NCBI GenBank assembly: GCA_964106915.2
Contig: OZ066922.1
Length of the DNA: 64,000 nt
Strand: one strand, 5' to 3'
Source of the DNA: Podarcis gaigeae
Lineage: Eukaryota
Under the pieces are notes generated by a model. It was not told where the DNA came from. It saw only the letters and a program-made list of their open reading frames with translations, and did not search any database. The position numbers were made by a program, and so were the translations under genes. The first letter of the stretch is position 1. Each line of letters opens with the position of its first letter. Positions 37,075 to 50,439 of the stretch are shown one piece after another.

Positions 37075-37427
37075 GGGACACGGGTGGCGCTGTGGGTTAA
37101 ACCACAGAGCCTAGGACTTGCCGATCAGAAGGTTGGTGGTTCGAATCCCGTGACTGGGTGAGCTCCCGTTGCTCGGTCCCTGCTCCTGCCAACCTAGCAG
37201 TTCGAAAGCACGTCAAAGTGCAAGTAGATAAATAGGTACCACTCCGGCGGGAAGGTAAACGGCATTTCTGTGAGCTGCTCTGGTTCGCCAGAAGCGGCTT
37301 AGTCATGCTGGCCACATGACCCGGAAGCTGTATGCCGGCTCCCTCGGCCAATAAAGCGAGATGAGTGCTGCAACCCCAGAGTTGGCCATGACTGGACCTA
37401 ATGGTCAGGGGTCCCTTTACCTTTACC
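37075..37427 (+). mobile_element. Sauria SINE (intron 11)
   Basis: TSD TACT(A/G)CATGTGGA. Confidence 0.92.
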
Positions 37428-38250
37428 TACTGCATGTGGAACTATGATAAATGGCATTTGACCCTTCCTTGGAAGACTTAACAGCACAATCCTAGGCCTC
37501 TTCCCATTGACCAGGCTCACACATGTAATGCTAAGACAAAGTATGACTTAGTGTGAGAGTGGTGGTTCCTGAATAGGAGATTGCAGCTGCTTTGCTCATT
37601 TTCTTTTCCTGCTCTGTCTGTGCTCCTGTGAGTGAATTAAGAACCCTCAAGGAACATAGGAAGCTGCCATATACTGAGTTAGACCATTGGTCTATCTAGC
37701 TCAGTATTGTCTACATTGATTGGCACAGGCTCTCCAGGATTTCCCTGTCCTATCTGAAGATGCTTGGGATTGACCCTGGAACCTTTTCATGCAAAGCAGA
37801 TCCTCTACCAGTGAGCTTACAGACCTCCCCCTAAGTGTGTTTAGGGTTGACGTTTATGGCTGAAATCCTAAGCAGGCAGTACATCCTGTTGAAGACTTTG
37901 GTATAAATAAGCTTAGTGATGACCATCATATTACAGAAAGAATGCTGGAGAAAGTTGCCTATTTTCAGTTTTTCTTGATTCAATATCTGTACTGACAACA
38001 AGATCTGTGTTGGCCATTGTAGGAAGATGGTTTAGGAAGGTTAAACAGTTTCACTTTTGTTTGCCAAAATGGGTAACCAGCTGGGCAAGGAAGCTTCAGA
38101 GACCTAAAACAATGGTTTGGCTGTGTTGCCTTGGGATTTACGATAGCTTATAGCTCCATGGTGATATATTCGGCTGACTTACTGTGTGAGATGTAACCAA
38201 ATCCTTTAGTGCCTGTGAGGTATGTAATGGCTCGACTTGTTCTCTTGTAG

Positions 38251-38359
38251 ACTGTAAGCACCCTCACAATTCAAGCAGCAAATGTATCTGCTTTGTACAG
38301 ATGTGTGGCTAGTAACAAAGTTGGAGAAGGCGAGAGGGTCATTTCCTTTCATGTTACCA
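38251..38359 (+). CDS. KDR: KDR exon 12 ([36 protein letters not shown])
   Basis: 109 nt, AG/GT boundaries. Confidence 0.96.
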
Positions 38360-39994
38360 GTAAGTATAGCTCAATGATTGTGTAGCCATTGGCAAAATGG
38401 ATATGTGTTTCATTAATGCTGCCCGTATATAAAATTGTCTCCTAAATATATGTAAGACTGCTAGGATATGTGCAGGGAAGTTCAACATTCGCACTAGATT
38501 TTCTTTTGAAACTTGAGCTATTTACCATTTCCTTTATATCCTAGAATTGTTCTGTGGAAGTGCTGTTTGTCTTTAGGATCATTTTTACTCTTTTAAGATG
38601 GAAACCAAACTTTGAGCACTCACTCCCTATTCTGATTGTGAAATGTGAAATATCAATTAAAATTACGATTTTGATGTAGCAAAACAGAAAACGGTGCTTT
38701 TATATGAGCCATCATGTTAAAGCTGGTGTAACTTCAGTGAGAGTAATCCAGGGTTGGAGACAGATTTTTACTCCTAAATTATCCATGGTACAGATGCAGA
38801 GGTAGAGCAGGATTGGATCTAACCCAAGCAGTATCTCTGATATACTGCCAAGTCCAGGAATGCTATAGTCAGTGCTGACCATGGATCCAGTTGCCCCTTT
38901 CTCCCCAAAGAGGAATTCAGTCACTGCCCACTTTGGACAGAATGATAAGCCATAGTTTATTGTTATGGAAATGATCAGCAGCAAAACTCATGCTCATGCA
39001 ATCCCCTTCTCCCCTTTACTCCTCTGGTGTGGCCAGGAAGAGGAGTTTGGAAGCTTTCACATCTGTTTTAAAACAGCCACAGTTAGGTATCATATCCTAA
39101 CTCAGACAAACTACAGTTAGTCTTAACTTACCATGGTTAAGGTTTAACACAGTTTAGAGTTCAGAGATAGAGTGCTATTAACTGTGGTTCATTGAAATGG
39201 GAATCAAAAGCTTCCCATCTCCTCATGGGTTAAAGGATGAGAGCAGGATGGACAATCCCCAGACATTGCTTATTGTTGCATTCTTACCAGGCCTTTGTGT
39301 GAGGTAGGAAAGATCTGGTGATTGGAGTTACCAAGGGGTGGAGCCTGATTAGAAGTATGTGGTTGTCTGTCTTTACATGTAGTCTTCTCACAATCACTGT
39401 GGTGGAAGGGCAAATCCATTTCGACTGTTTTGGGTACTACACGATTCATTAATGAGTACAGAGGAGAATGTTAGATTTCCTAAGCATTTGATTCAATCAA
39501 TTAGTCTTTTCCGAATGACAACCAGTGGGCATTCTGTTAGCAGGTATTTTTTGTTTTGAGTTTGGATTGCTTTGTGTCAGCACCAATACAAACCAATCAT
39601 ATTAGGCAATTAATATTGGGAAGATGCATTCACTGTTTTCATTGATTGCCATTTGTTTTCATTGATTGCCATTGTTTTCATTGATTGCCATTTTATTTTA
39701 TTATGCATATCCTTTAAAAACGGTTGATTTTACTTATATTTAAATTATTATTTTTTAGCTCAGCTTCTTTTTAGCATCTGATTTTATTGGTAGTTTAATG
39801 TCTATTTTATATTGCTTTAAGAAAACCGCTTAGAGGTTTTGATGATTAAGCAGTATAGACACAACTAAAATAAATATAGTAATGAGCTGGAAATTGAAGT
39901 CTAGCCACTTCCAGAATGAAAGTGTTAGCTGCACATCTCAATACAAAATGTTTCTCAGCATGATTGATCCCAGTTCCTCCATTTGTGTTTGCAG

Positions 39995-40339
39995 GAGGAC
40001 TTGAAATTAACCTTCAGCCTAAGAGTCAGCCAACTGAGAAGCACAATGTCTCCTTGCAGTGTATGGCAGACAAGTTCACTTTTGAAAACCTGACTTGGTT
40101 TAAGCTGAGTCCTCGCGCTTCCATGGTGCGGCTTGGCAGGCTGCCTTTGCCCGTTTGCAAGAACCTGGACGCTCTTCAGAAGCTGAATGCCACAGTTGCG
40201 AGAGCCAATGGAGAGAACATCACCATGGAACTCATGCTCCATAATGTTTCTATCCAGGACAGCGGGGATTACGTGTGCATAGCCCAGGACAAAAAGACCA
40301 AAACACGGCACTGCCTTGTCAAACACCTCGCTATTCAAG
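39995..40339 (+). CDS. KDR: KDR exon 13 (Ig6: RGLEINLQP...GDYVCIAQDKKTKTRHCLVKHLAIQ)
   Basis: 345 nt, AG/GT boundaries; matches ORF 39964..40404 in the supplied track. Confidence 0.96.
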
Positions 40340-40686
40340 GTAACCCATGGAAACTCTCTTGTGTCGTGATTGTGACTAAACTCATAAAAAACTCATTTTT
40401 ATGAGTTTAGTCCTAATAGCTCAATTCCAGATTAATCTACAGGTTTTGAAATCCACGTAAAAATGTTAGTTTAAACATTCAAATGTATTTCCTCCCCCTC
40501 AAAATAATTCATTTAAAAATGTATTTTGATAATAGTTGGGAAGTGCAAAAGTCCAATCTGCTATAGATGTTTGGTTTGTACCTCATGCTCCAACAGCACC
40601 ATGACTTACCAGCTGCTTCAGAATTGTAATTCAAAAGTTGCATTTTTAAATCCTGAATTTTTTATCCCCCCCCCCCACCGCAACAG

Positions 40687-40833
40687 AACCAGTGGCACCT
40701 GCAATCACCCGAAACCCTGAGAATCAGACAACAAATATTGGTGAAACTATAGAAGTATCTTGTGTAGCAAATGGAATTCCTTCTCCACTCATCACATGGT
40801 TTAAAAACAACGTAACCCTTGTTGAAGATTCAG
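40687..40833 (+). CDS. KDR: KDR exon 14 (Ig7: [26 protein letters not shown]...EDS)
   Basis: 147 nt, AG/GT boundaries. Confidence 0.96.
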
Positions 40834-42181
40834 GTGAGGCCGAGAGTTTTGTCCTGTGGCTAACCCTTGTTGCTTACTTTTACACTTCCCTATTGATTTT
40901 GTAATTCCTAATTTATTCCTTGACCAAGAAGTACATTTTGCATAATGTGCGTTCTGTGCTCCTCATATTCGGTGGGACACACTATTAGTTTTATCAGCCT
41001 TTCTTTTTACCATTACCTGTTGCTTTGGTGAATGAGCATTGGCGTTGTGGCTTTAGGCTCTGCCCCCAATCTACACATATGCGCTGAACCCCTGGACAAA
41101 GATCTCCATGCATACAGTTATGTGCACAGAGGCCTCTGTCTGTGTGCTCAGAGGACCCTGAGGAGGACCCTGTACATGCATTCAACTAACCTGCTTAGAT
41201 TGGTTTTGAAACATCCTGCTTCAATTTGTGCACATTCATTTCAATATTAGTCGCCATGGCCCTGTATTGTTTTGAGGATCAGATATATCATGCCTCTGCA
41301 TCCCAGAATAACAGTGGGAGAGGACCATTGCCCTCCTATTCTGCTTTTGGGTTTCCCATGGGCATTTGGTTGGCCATCGTAAGAAACAGAGCTGGGCTTG
41401 GTAGGTCCAGCAAAGCTTTTCTTTGGTTCCTAGAGAGCTTTATAAGTGCGCTGGATATGGGGAATTCTGCAGGTAGATCAGGGCTGGCACAATACATTTG
41501 GCTGCCTGAGGCAAAGGACAACATGCTCCCCACCCCATTTCAGCTGCCTGGACTGTCAGTGGGATAATGCAATGGCATAATGTCCTCCAGTGCACTTGAG
41601 GACAGCAGGCTACTTTAGGGGCTGAATGCCCCTGATCAGGGGAATTCGGGAAAGCGGGGAGCTGCCACTGCTGGCGCCCAGCATCTGTCACCTGATGCAG
41701 TTGTCTCACTGTCTAATGGTAGGGCTGGCCTTGATAATCAAATTCCATCCAGCCACTGTAAAATTAACCAAAGGGAATATATAGAGAGAGAGCTCTTGCC
41801 TGTGCTGAAGACATGCCCTTTGATCTGAAAGCCCTTTCCTAATGCCAAATGTGTGGTTAGGCTTTCCTTGCTCACATTGTCAGAGGAACTCCCCTCTTTA
41901 TCATTGGGGTGTTTGGCTAATCCTTATCACTGAAAGCAGGTTCTGGGGTTTAATCCTGGTGAGCTCTGGTTGAGATTAAATGAGGCTCATGGCTGGATGG
42001 AAGAGTCAAAGTGGGGGTTTGGAGTATACAAAATGCAGAGCTTCTGTACAAGCCTCATGAAAGATAAGAAAACTCTTACAAAATTCCACATTTATCGGTG
42101 TCTTTGTCTGAAGAACAAAGACCAAGTCAAATTTACAAAGGCAATGAAAGAAACATTTGTATCTGTGTCTTTTTTTATAAG

Positions 42182-42313
42182 GTATTGTTTTGAAAGATGG
42201 GAACAGAACTCTCACCATACGGAGGGTGAGGAAGGAAGATGAAGGTCTCTACACTTGCCATGCTTGCAATATCCTGGGCTGTTCAAAAGCAGCTGCGTTT
42301 TTTGAAGTAGAAG
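42182..42313 (+). CDS. KDR: KDR exon 15 ([26 protein letters not shown]...EVE)
   Basis: 132 nt, taag| acceptor, G|GTTAG donor; retains the Ig7 RRVRKED homotypic-contact motif. Confidence 0.95.
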
Positions 42314-42640
42314 GTTAGTATGGACCATGGGTCTCTGGGATTTGCAAAGTGTTACTTTCTGCTGCATTGATATTGTATTCTCATAGAAGCATACAATTTG
42401 ACAGTACCTCAGAGATCATCTAGTCAGTGCAGAAAATCAATTACTGCAGGGTCTGGATAGTCCTCTCCTTCCTGGTTTAAATGTAAATGCGTGTTGCAAG
42501 CTCTTCTTGCAGAAAACCGTTGAGCTCACTGAGACATATGTGGTTTGTTGAGTGGAATCAGGGCTAAATGGAAATAAGTTTGTAAGAACTGTAGACCAGT
42601 CAGGGAGACTAGAAACTGTGTGGTAGCCAAGAAACAAATA

Positions 42641-42866
42641 CAGTGGTACCTCGGGTTACATACGCTTCAGGTTACAGACACTGTTAACCCAGAAATAGAG
42701 CTTCAGGTTAAGAACTTTGCTTCAGGATGAGAACAGAAATCAAGCTCCGGCGGCGCAGCAGCAGCAGGAGGCCCAATTAGCTAAAGTGGTGCTTCAGGTT
42801 AAGAAGAGTTTCAGGTTAAGAATGGACCTCCAGAACGAATTAAGTACTTAAACCGAGGTACCACTG
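42641..42866 (+). mobile_element. Tigger/pogo-like MITE, family A (intron 15)
   Basis: Same TIRs and TA TSD. Confidence 0.88.
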
Positions 42867-45065
42867 TAAGCCGAAGTGTAAAAATCCAAATAGAAAAGAC
42901 TAGGAGTAGGTAGGTAGACCACAACAAGATATCTGAGTGGCTCCTTTGACTTCATTGAAGTAAATTGAGGGAACTGTCATTTCTGTAAGTGGTCCCCCTG
43001 AAATAAATATTTCCACTGAATCACATTCACTCATCAAAGATCTCAACCTTCTGTTAAAATCTCTGATCAAATTTCTTGTTTTGCATATTAACAAGCCACC
43101 TCTAGACACATTTCTTTAAAAAAAGAGTTGTCCGCTGGTGAAAGAAACCTTGCCCCAGCGTGATGACCTGCTGAGGGTTTTGTTTTTATTTTTATTTTAA
43201 CCAAGCAATCCAAAGCTATATCCTGTTATTCTTACAAGTCCGCAGCAGGATATTGAAGTGATGTGCCATGTGACATATTTTTTTTTTTTTGTGGGATGGA
43301 AAGTGCCTGTAAATAGACCTTCATGTAAATACGTGCTTTCGGTTATCCAACAAACGTGACTTGCTGGAGCGTAGCCTACTTTGGCTTGTAGAAATTGAAA
43401 CGTGATTGTGAGAGAGTGATTCGAATGAGGGAATTTATCACCCGCCTCATCGCAGGCTGTCGATAGATGTTAAAACAATAAACCAACGTGAGGCACAGAT
43501 TGCGTGATGGAAGAGCTGAAATATACAGCCACGGGGTGAAGAGTGAACTTCATGGTAGAAATGAGTTCTTTTGATGTTGATTGCAGAACCGTTTTTGGTG
43601 CTGATAAGCTTAATCAGTGTTTTCCAGGGTAAAGTGCCCCATAAGAAGCTGACTTAAATAAGACTGCTGGGCCATCTATCTTAGTTTTGTGTACATTGAT
43701 AGATACCAGTTTTTAAGTATTGCAGGCAGGAATCTTCTCAGCTCTACCTGAAGATGGTGGGAATTGGACCTACATCACCTTCCCTGAGCTATAGCACCTT
43801 GTCTATAACAAAATCAAGTTTAGGCACTTTGACATCCTAAGAAAATATTAAGATGGAGTCTCACACTATATCAGATACTGAAACTCTTGGGCATTCTAAT
43901 CTTTACACCTGGTCAAGTTCCTTTGTATAGATCCTCCTACATCTGTTTCCTATGCTGGTGAGGTCAGCCATCAACCTTCTGGGATCTTGATTCATTTACT
44001 CCCAAGGAGCGCTGTCTTCCTCTAGCAATTGAGTCCTCATTTAACAAAATCTCATGCCCAGCCGGGATTACCTTTCCCATTTGCTTCCACTGATCACTTA
44101 CTAGTAGGGCTGGGAGATAAATTCACTTCAGTTTGCATTTTAAAAAAAGCAAACTTAGCCAATTGACACTTTCTAAAACACAGCGGTCCTTCAATATTTG
44201 CATGTTTCTGAATTTTGCCATGCAGTTCTCTAGCCAAGTAATGCTGACAAAAACCACAAGTATAAAGTATACACTTAAATGCATATGTTGGTGAAAGCAA
44301 ATGCATTTTATTGCAAGAGATTCCTTGCAGAAATGTGTGTATAATTGTCAAAAATGTGTTAGGAGAATTCACACTGAAATGTTGAGAAATTCATGGAGAA
44401 TTTTTCAAAAAAAGAAAATCAAATTGATATAGAAGTGTGGAAAACTAAATTTTAAGATAATAAAAATGAGAAACTGAGAGACCTGAAATAAACAGATTTG
44501 TTCCTCCCACCTTATTAGTCACCCAGCCTTTCTTGATATAATACTGCTTGTTGGCTTCTATCCATTTAGAGCAGTATAAATAAGTAATATTTTGGAAAAT
44601 TTATCTGGAGACAAAAGGCACAATCCAACAAAATTAAAGCACTTTTTAAATCCCAGGGCTTTCTGTGGGAACATATGATTACGTCTAAAAGTGCTTAACT
44701 TTGACTGGATCTGCTCAGTTCTTTACTCCCTGCTGGGAGACCAATATTACCACATACCAGTGTGCACAACTTGGTTTATTTCATAGAGTGAGGAGATGAA
44801 TCAGAGAATGCCTTGACTGACCAGTATTATGGACTGCTCTTGGGTCAATTCACCTCGAGTTCCAGTGGAGGGATTTGTGCTGTGTACTGAAGTGTCCTAC
44901 ATACACTTTCCCTTTAACACATTTTTGTCTTCGTTGACTTGCTATGTGTTGGACTCCTAACATTTTTGTTCTCAGACAAGGAACCTCTTTCAGTACTTCA
45001 GCTGATGACCTGCCCCAATAAGCTCTGGGCTACTATCAATGAACTGTTCGATTGTCTCTTCCCAG

Positions 45066-45172
45066 GCACTGATGAGAAAACGAACCTCGAGCTCATTATT
45101 CTGGTTGGAACGGCGGTAATTGCCATGTTCTTCTGGTTGCTCCTCGTAATCATTCTCCGGACCGTTAAGCGG
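45066..45172 (+). CDS. KDR: KDR exon 16 (transmembrane helix)
   Basis: [36 protein letters not shown], 107 nt, AG/GT boundaries. Confidence 0.97.
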
Positions 45173-45610
45173 GTAATGAAACCATTCTCCCACTGTCCCA
45201 TCGGCATCAATCTTGCATGGCAAATGAAAACTGATGGGGACTCTTTTGTGTTGTTTCTTGCATTGTCTTTAAATCAACAGCCGCATTTTTTCCTCTTGGT
45301 ACCATCACATTCTTTCCTGGAATTTGAGGGCACATAAATTGTGCTTTTTAATTGACCAGGCATTTGGTGGAGGGAAAAAAGAAGAAGAAGACCTTTTCCA
45401 GAAATTAATAAAGCAAGTAATTAACAATGATTTGTGGGCACATGTCCTGCAATGTTTCTGGGGCAAAACTGCATACTTGCATTCTTGTGGACAAAAAAAC
45501 AAAAAAAGTTCCAGACTTCCATAATGCCAGTAAATGTGACCCACCGTTCATTGCCCAAGCATAAGGATAATTGTATTTAATTTGCACTACTACTGCTTTT
45601 ATTTTTTCAG

Positions 45611-45746
45611 GCCAATGGAGGAGAACTAAAGACTGGCTACCTATCTATCATTATGGATCCTGATGAAGTCCCTATGGATGAACAATGTGAACGTCTCCCT
45701 TACGATGCCAACACATGGGAATTCCCCAGAGATAGGCTAAAGCTAG
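45611..45746 (+). CDS. KDR: KDR exon 17 (juxtamembrane [19 protein letters not shown]...RDRLKL)
   Basis: 136 nt, AG/GT boundaries. Confidence 0.97.
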
Positions 45747-45814
45747 GTGGGTCTCCTTATGAATGAACAAGTGAAATGTCCCTTCAAACTTGAAATCAGA
45801 GACTGCTTTAATTA

Positions 45815-46331
45815 CCGTATTTTTCGCTCTATAGGACACACCTTTTCCCCTCCAAAAATGAAGGGGGAATGTTTGTGCGTCCTATGGAGCGAATGCAGGC
45901 TCCTTGGCTTCAGCGAAAGCAACGCAAAGCCTCCAAAGCGGAGAGGGAGCGCTCCCTCCATGCTCCGGAGGCTACACATTGCTTTCCCTGAAGCCTGGAG
46001 AGTGAGAGGGGTCGGTGCGCACCAGGCTTCAGGGATAGCCGCCTGAAGCCTTTGGAGCGCAGCGGGACCTTGTGCTGCACTCCAAAGGCTTCGGGGTTAG
46101 CTGCACAAAGCCTCCGCAGGGCAGTGGGGTGAAGGCACCCTGCTGCCCTGCAGAGGCTTGAAAGGCTGTCCCCAAAGCCAGAACAGAGAGATGGAGTGCT
46201 GTGCAGTGTCTCGCTGTTCTAGCTTGGGGATGCCAGGGCTTTATGGGGACACTGATTTGATTCAGAATATTTTTTACTTGTTTTCCTCCTCTAGAAACTA
46301 GGTGCGTCCTTTGCTCAGGTGCGTCCTATAG
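45815..46331. mobile_element. Tc1/mariner-class non-autonomous element, right end truncated
   Basis: TA|CCGTATTTTTCGCTCTATAGGAC left end; subterminal GTGCGTCCT repeats; GC-rich interior. Confidence 0.65.
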
Positions 46332-47377
46332 ACACTGGTTTTGGAAATGTGTGATAGAATCATAGAAATAGGAAGAGACCCTGAGGATCATTTAGTCCAA
46401 CCTCCTGCAATGCAGGAATACAGAACTTGTCCTATACAGGGATCAAACCTGCAACATTGGCACCACACTCTAACCCATCTGAGCTATACTAATATCTAAT
46501 ATGGAGGTCATTGTGTGCTCTGATTGGAGCTTGGAACTCCTGGTTCACTATCCACTGGAGAGCACCATGTATGCGCTGAAACTTTCAGGTTTGCAAGAAA
46601 TACCTAGAGTGGAGTTGGAATTTCCCAGGAGATTCCTTAGGCTTTAATTTCATAACCAGACCTCAGCACTGGATTCCAACCAGGTCTTGGGAACACAAGA
46701 TTTTTTGTAATTTTTTTAAAAAGGGAGTAATCATAAATGTATGCAAAGTAACATTCCATTGTCTCAGAGTGTCTACATCATAGTGGCACACTTCTGGCGC
46801 GATGAAGCAGTGCTTACAAATTGGAGGGCCTAGTTTGCCTGATTCTGTTGAACTGTGCTGCCTACTGTTCCCCAGTTCAACAGCCTAGAGACAAAATCAC
46901 TTGAGCCCAGTGGTGCCCAAACTTTTTTTTTTAAAAAAAACATAGTCTTGGCAGACCATATAATGATTTTTCTGCCTTTTGTAGCAGTTGCAATGCAATG
47001 CTGTTTGATTTTTTTTTTTAATTGCATTTATATAGCTGCTTTTATGTACTGGATGTTTTGTATTATAATTTGAATTCCATGGATTTCAAGTTGTGTGCAT
47101 TAAAATTCAAGAAATAAAAGAAGCAATAAAAAGACAATTAAAAATCAATAGGAACAGTGCTCCCCCCCCGCAGGGGTACTCAAGGGTACGCAGTCTCTCT
47201 TTTCGATTAAAAAGTGTGACATTTACTGTAACAACTTCACAGTGAGTACCGGCACCTCCTTTTCTGGGAAGCAAAGAACTGAATATGAGCATTTAATTTA
47301 CTAGGTGTGCCATCGTCTCTCTATAACTGCAAAACCCTAGACAGGTCAAGGGCCTAAATGAAGCTTGCAGACCATTG

Positions 47378-47612
47378 GTGGTGTAGTGGTTAAGAGCGGT
47401 AGACTCGTAATCTGGTGAACCGGGTTCGTGTCTCCTCTCCTCCACATGCAGCTGCTGGGTGACCTTGGGCCAGTCACACTTCTCTGAAGTCTCTCAGCCC
47501 CACTCACCTCACAGAGCGTTTGTTGTGGGGGAGGAAGAGAAAGGAGAATGTTAACCACTTTGAGACGCCTTCGGGTAGTGATAAAGCGGGATATCAAATC
47601 CAAACTCTTCTT
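47378..47612 (+). mobile_element. tRNA-derived SINE (Squam3-like)
   Basis: A box TGGTGTAGTGG, B-box-like GGGTTCG, (CTT)n tail, TTGGTGG at both flanks. Family name is from memory. Confidence 0.7.
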
Positions 47613-47856
47613 GGTGGACCACAGACCACAATTAGGAACCCCGTGCTCTAGATATCTTGTTTTGATGCCATTTCCAGAAACGTTGGTCGACACTGAGGTG
47701 TATGTTTTGCTGTAACACAACATGTGAGGAGGCAGGATTCTGCTTTTATGATCGCTCCCTTTATAGCTGTGGTGCTCTCTGCCTTCATTGCAGCGCAATC
47801 CACCAGCCTTGTTTGCTAAATACGTAGCCAGCTCCCTTCAATTGCTTGGACAGTAG

Positions 47857-48117
<261 letters not shown>

Positions 48118-48192
48118 TAAACTTGCCAATCTTTTCTCACTTAGTTCAACCGAGGGGGTGAGAAACTTTCATAACAGTAATAGAATAGAGTA

Positions 48193-48434
48193 CAGTGGTA
48201 CCTCGGGTTAAGAACTTAACTCGTTCTGGAGGTCCGTTCTTAAATTGAAACTCTTCTTAACCTGAGGTACCACTTTAGCTAATGGGGCCTCCTGCTGCTG
48301 CTGTGCCACCGCCGTGCAATTTCTGTTCTCATCCTGAAGCAAAGTTCTTAACCCGAGGTACTATTTCTGGGTTAGCAGAGTCTGTGACCTGAAGTGTCTG
48401 TAACCTGAAGCGTGTGTAACCCGAGGTATCACTG
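48193..48434 (-). mobile_element. Tigger/pogo-like MITE, family A, inverted (intron 18)
   Basis: Reverse complement of the family body, TA TSD. Confidence 0.88.
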
Positions 48435-48551
48435 TATATTCATTTTATTGTATAAATTAAGCAATGAGTTTCTTTTCCCAGTTCATTAGATTGTTTTGAA
48501 CTTGGTTAGCTATTTTGAACTCCACACATGCTTTCTGCCCACTGTTTATGC

Positions 48552-48687
48552 CAGGCTTCCTCAACCTCGGCCCTCCAGATGTTTTTGGCCCACAACTCCC
48601 ATGATCCCTAGCTAGGAGGACCAGTGGCCAGGGATGATGGAAATTGTAGTCTCCAAACATCTGGAGGGCCGAGGTTGAGGAAGCCTG
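48552..48687. mobile_element. Near-palindromic hAT MITE (related to the copy at 3546)
   Basis: TIR CAGGCTTCCTCAACCTCGGCCCTCCAGATGTTT; 8-bp TSD GTTTATGC. Confidence 0.9.
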
Positions 48688-48870
48688 GTTTATGCCTATT
48701 CTCTGTTAAATTTCCATTAAGCACATTAAATTCACTATGCTTTCTTTGTTAAACTAAGATAAAATACCATCTTGCTCCCTTTTGTGGCTTCCTTCAAGCA
48801 AGGAGCTGACCCTCACAGGAGCTCAGTGGAAGAGGTTTGCATTCAAAAACAGTGGCATAGCACGAGGGAG

Positions 48871-49028
48871 CAGTGGCGTAGCGTGGGGGGTGCAGGGGGG
48901 GCCGGCCGCACCGGGCGCAACATCTGGGGTTAGGGCAAATCCACGGGTTAGGGGGCGCAAATCCACGGGTTAGGGGGCGCAAATTACTTGCCTTGCCCCG
49001 GGTGCTGACAACCCACGCTACGCCACTG
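48871..49028 (+). mobile_element. GC-rich hAT MITE with GGGTTAGGG units, nested in an older related element (~48850-49523)
   Basis: TIR CAGTGGCGTAGCGTGGG; 8-bp TSD CGAGGGAG. Confidence 0.88.
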
Positions 49029-49600
49029 CGAGGGAGGGGTGGGGAAGGTCATGGGCCCAGGTGCAAATTTCCGAGGGGGTTCAACCAGGTGCCCCCATGA
49101 CAGGGTCCTTCACTGAGACTGGAACTGCCAGGAGGCAAGCTGTGCCTGGGCTGGGTCTTTGGGGCTGGGGTGTCTTCTCCTCCTCCTCCTCCTTGTGGCC
49201 AGAAAAGGGACGCCTGCATGTGACCCGCCCCTTGGCTGGCTGAGAGGGAGAGAGGGAGGAAGAGGAAGGCGGGAAAGCACTGCCAGAGCCACATGCATTG
49301 CCCAGAGCACCTTGTGGCAAGGACAGGAGGGTGAGGTGACACAGTGGCGCTCTTGGCTTCGCATTTCTTTGCCTTACCTCTGCTCCCAGGTTGGGGCTAG
49401 TTTGCAAGGAGAAGCGCACTTGTTTAGATGCTGGCTGGCGAAGGGACTGGCCACTGCCTAGTCCACCAGGGGGCGCAACATTTGCCCTGCCCTGAGGCAC
49501 CAGTAACCCACGCTATGCCCCTCTTCAGGAAGTCCCAGGTTCAGTCCCCTACATCTCCAGTTTGGGCTTTGAAAGACTCCTCTCTAAAATTATAGAGCCA

Positions 49601-49820
49601 TTGTTGTTGTTGTTGTTCTTGTTGTTGTTGTTTAGTCATTTAGTCATGTCCGACTCTTCATGACCATAGCATGCCAGGCACTCCTGTCTTCCACTGCCTT
49701 CCGCAGTTTGGTCAAACTCATGCTGGTAGCTTTGAGAACACTGTCCAACCATCTCGTCCTCTGTCGTCCCCTTCTCCTTGTGCCCTCAATCTTTCCCAAC
49801 ATCAGGGTCTTTTCCAGGGA
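49601..49820 (-). mobile_element. RTE-BovB LINE 3' end
   Basis: Minus strand encodes SLEKTLMLGKIEGTRRRGRQRTRWLD; (CAA)n tail; ATAGAGCCA duplicated at the flanks. Confidence 0.88.
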
Positions 49821-49935
49821 AAAGAGGGAATGGAGCCACTATTTTCCAGGGAAATAGAGCCACTAGCAGTCAATATATAAACAACACTGAGCTACATGGT
49901 CCAGTGGTCTGATTTGATTTAAAGCACCTTCTTAG

Positions 49936-50439
<504 letters not shown>

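Noticed and set aside
43158-43176. GTGATGA...CTGA resembling snoRNA C/D boxes
   Set aside because: The boxes are only a few nt apart and there is no terminal stem.
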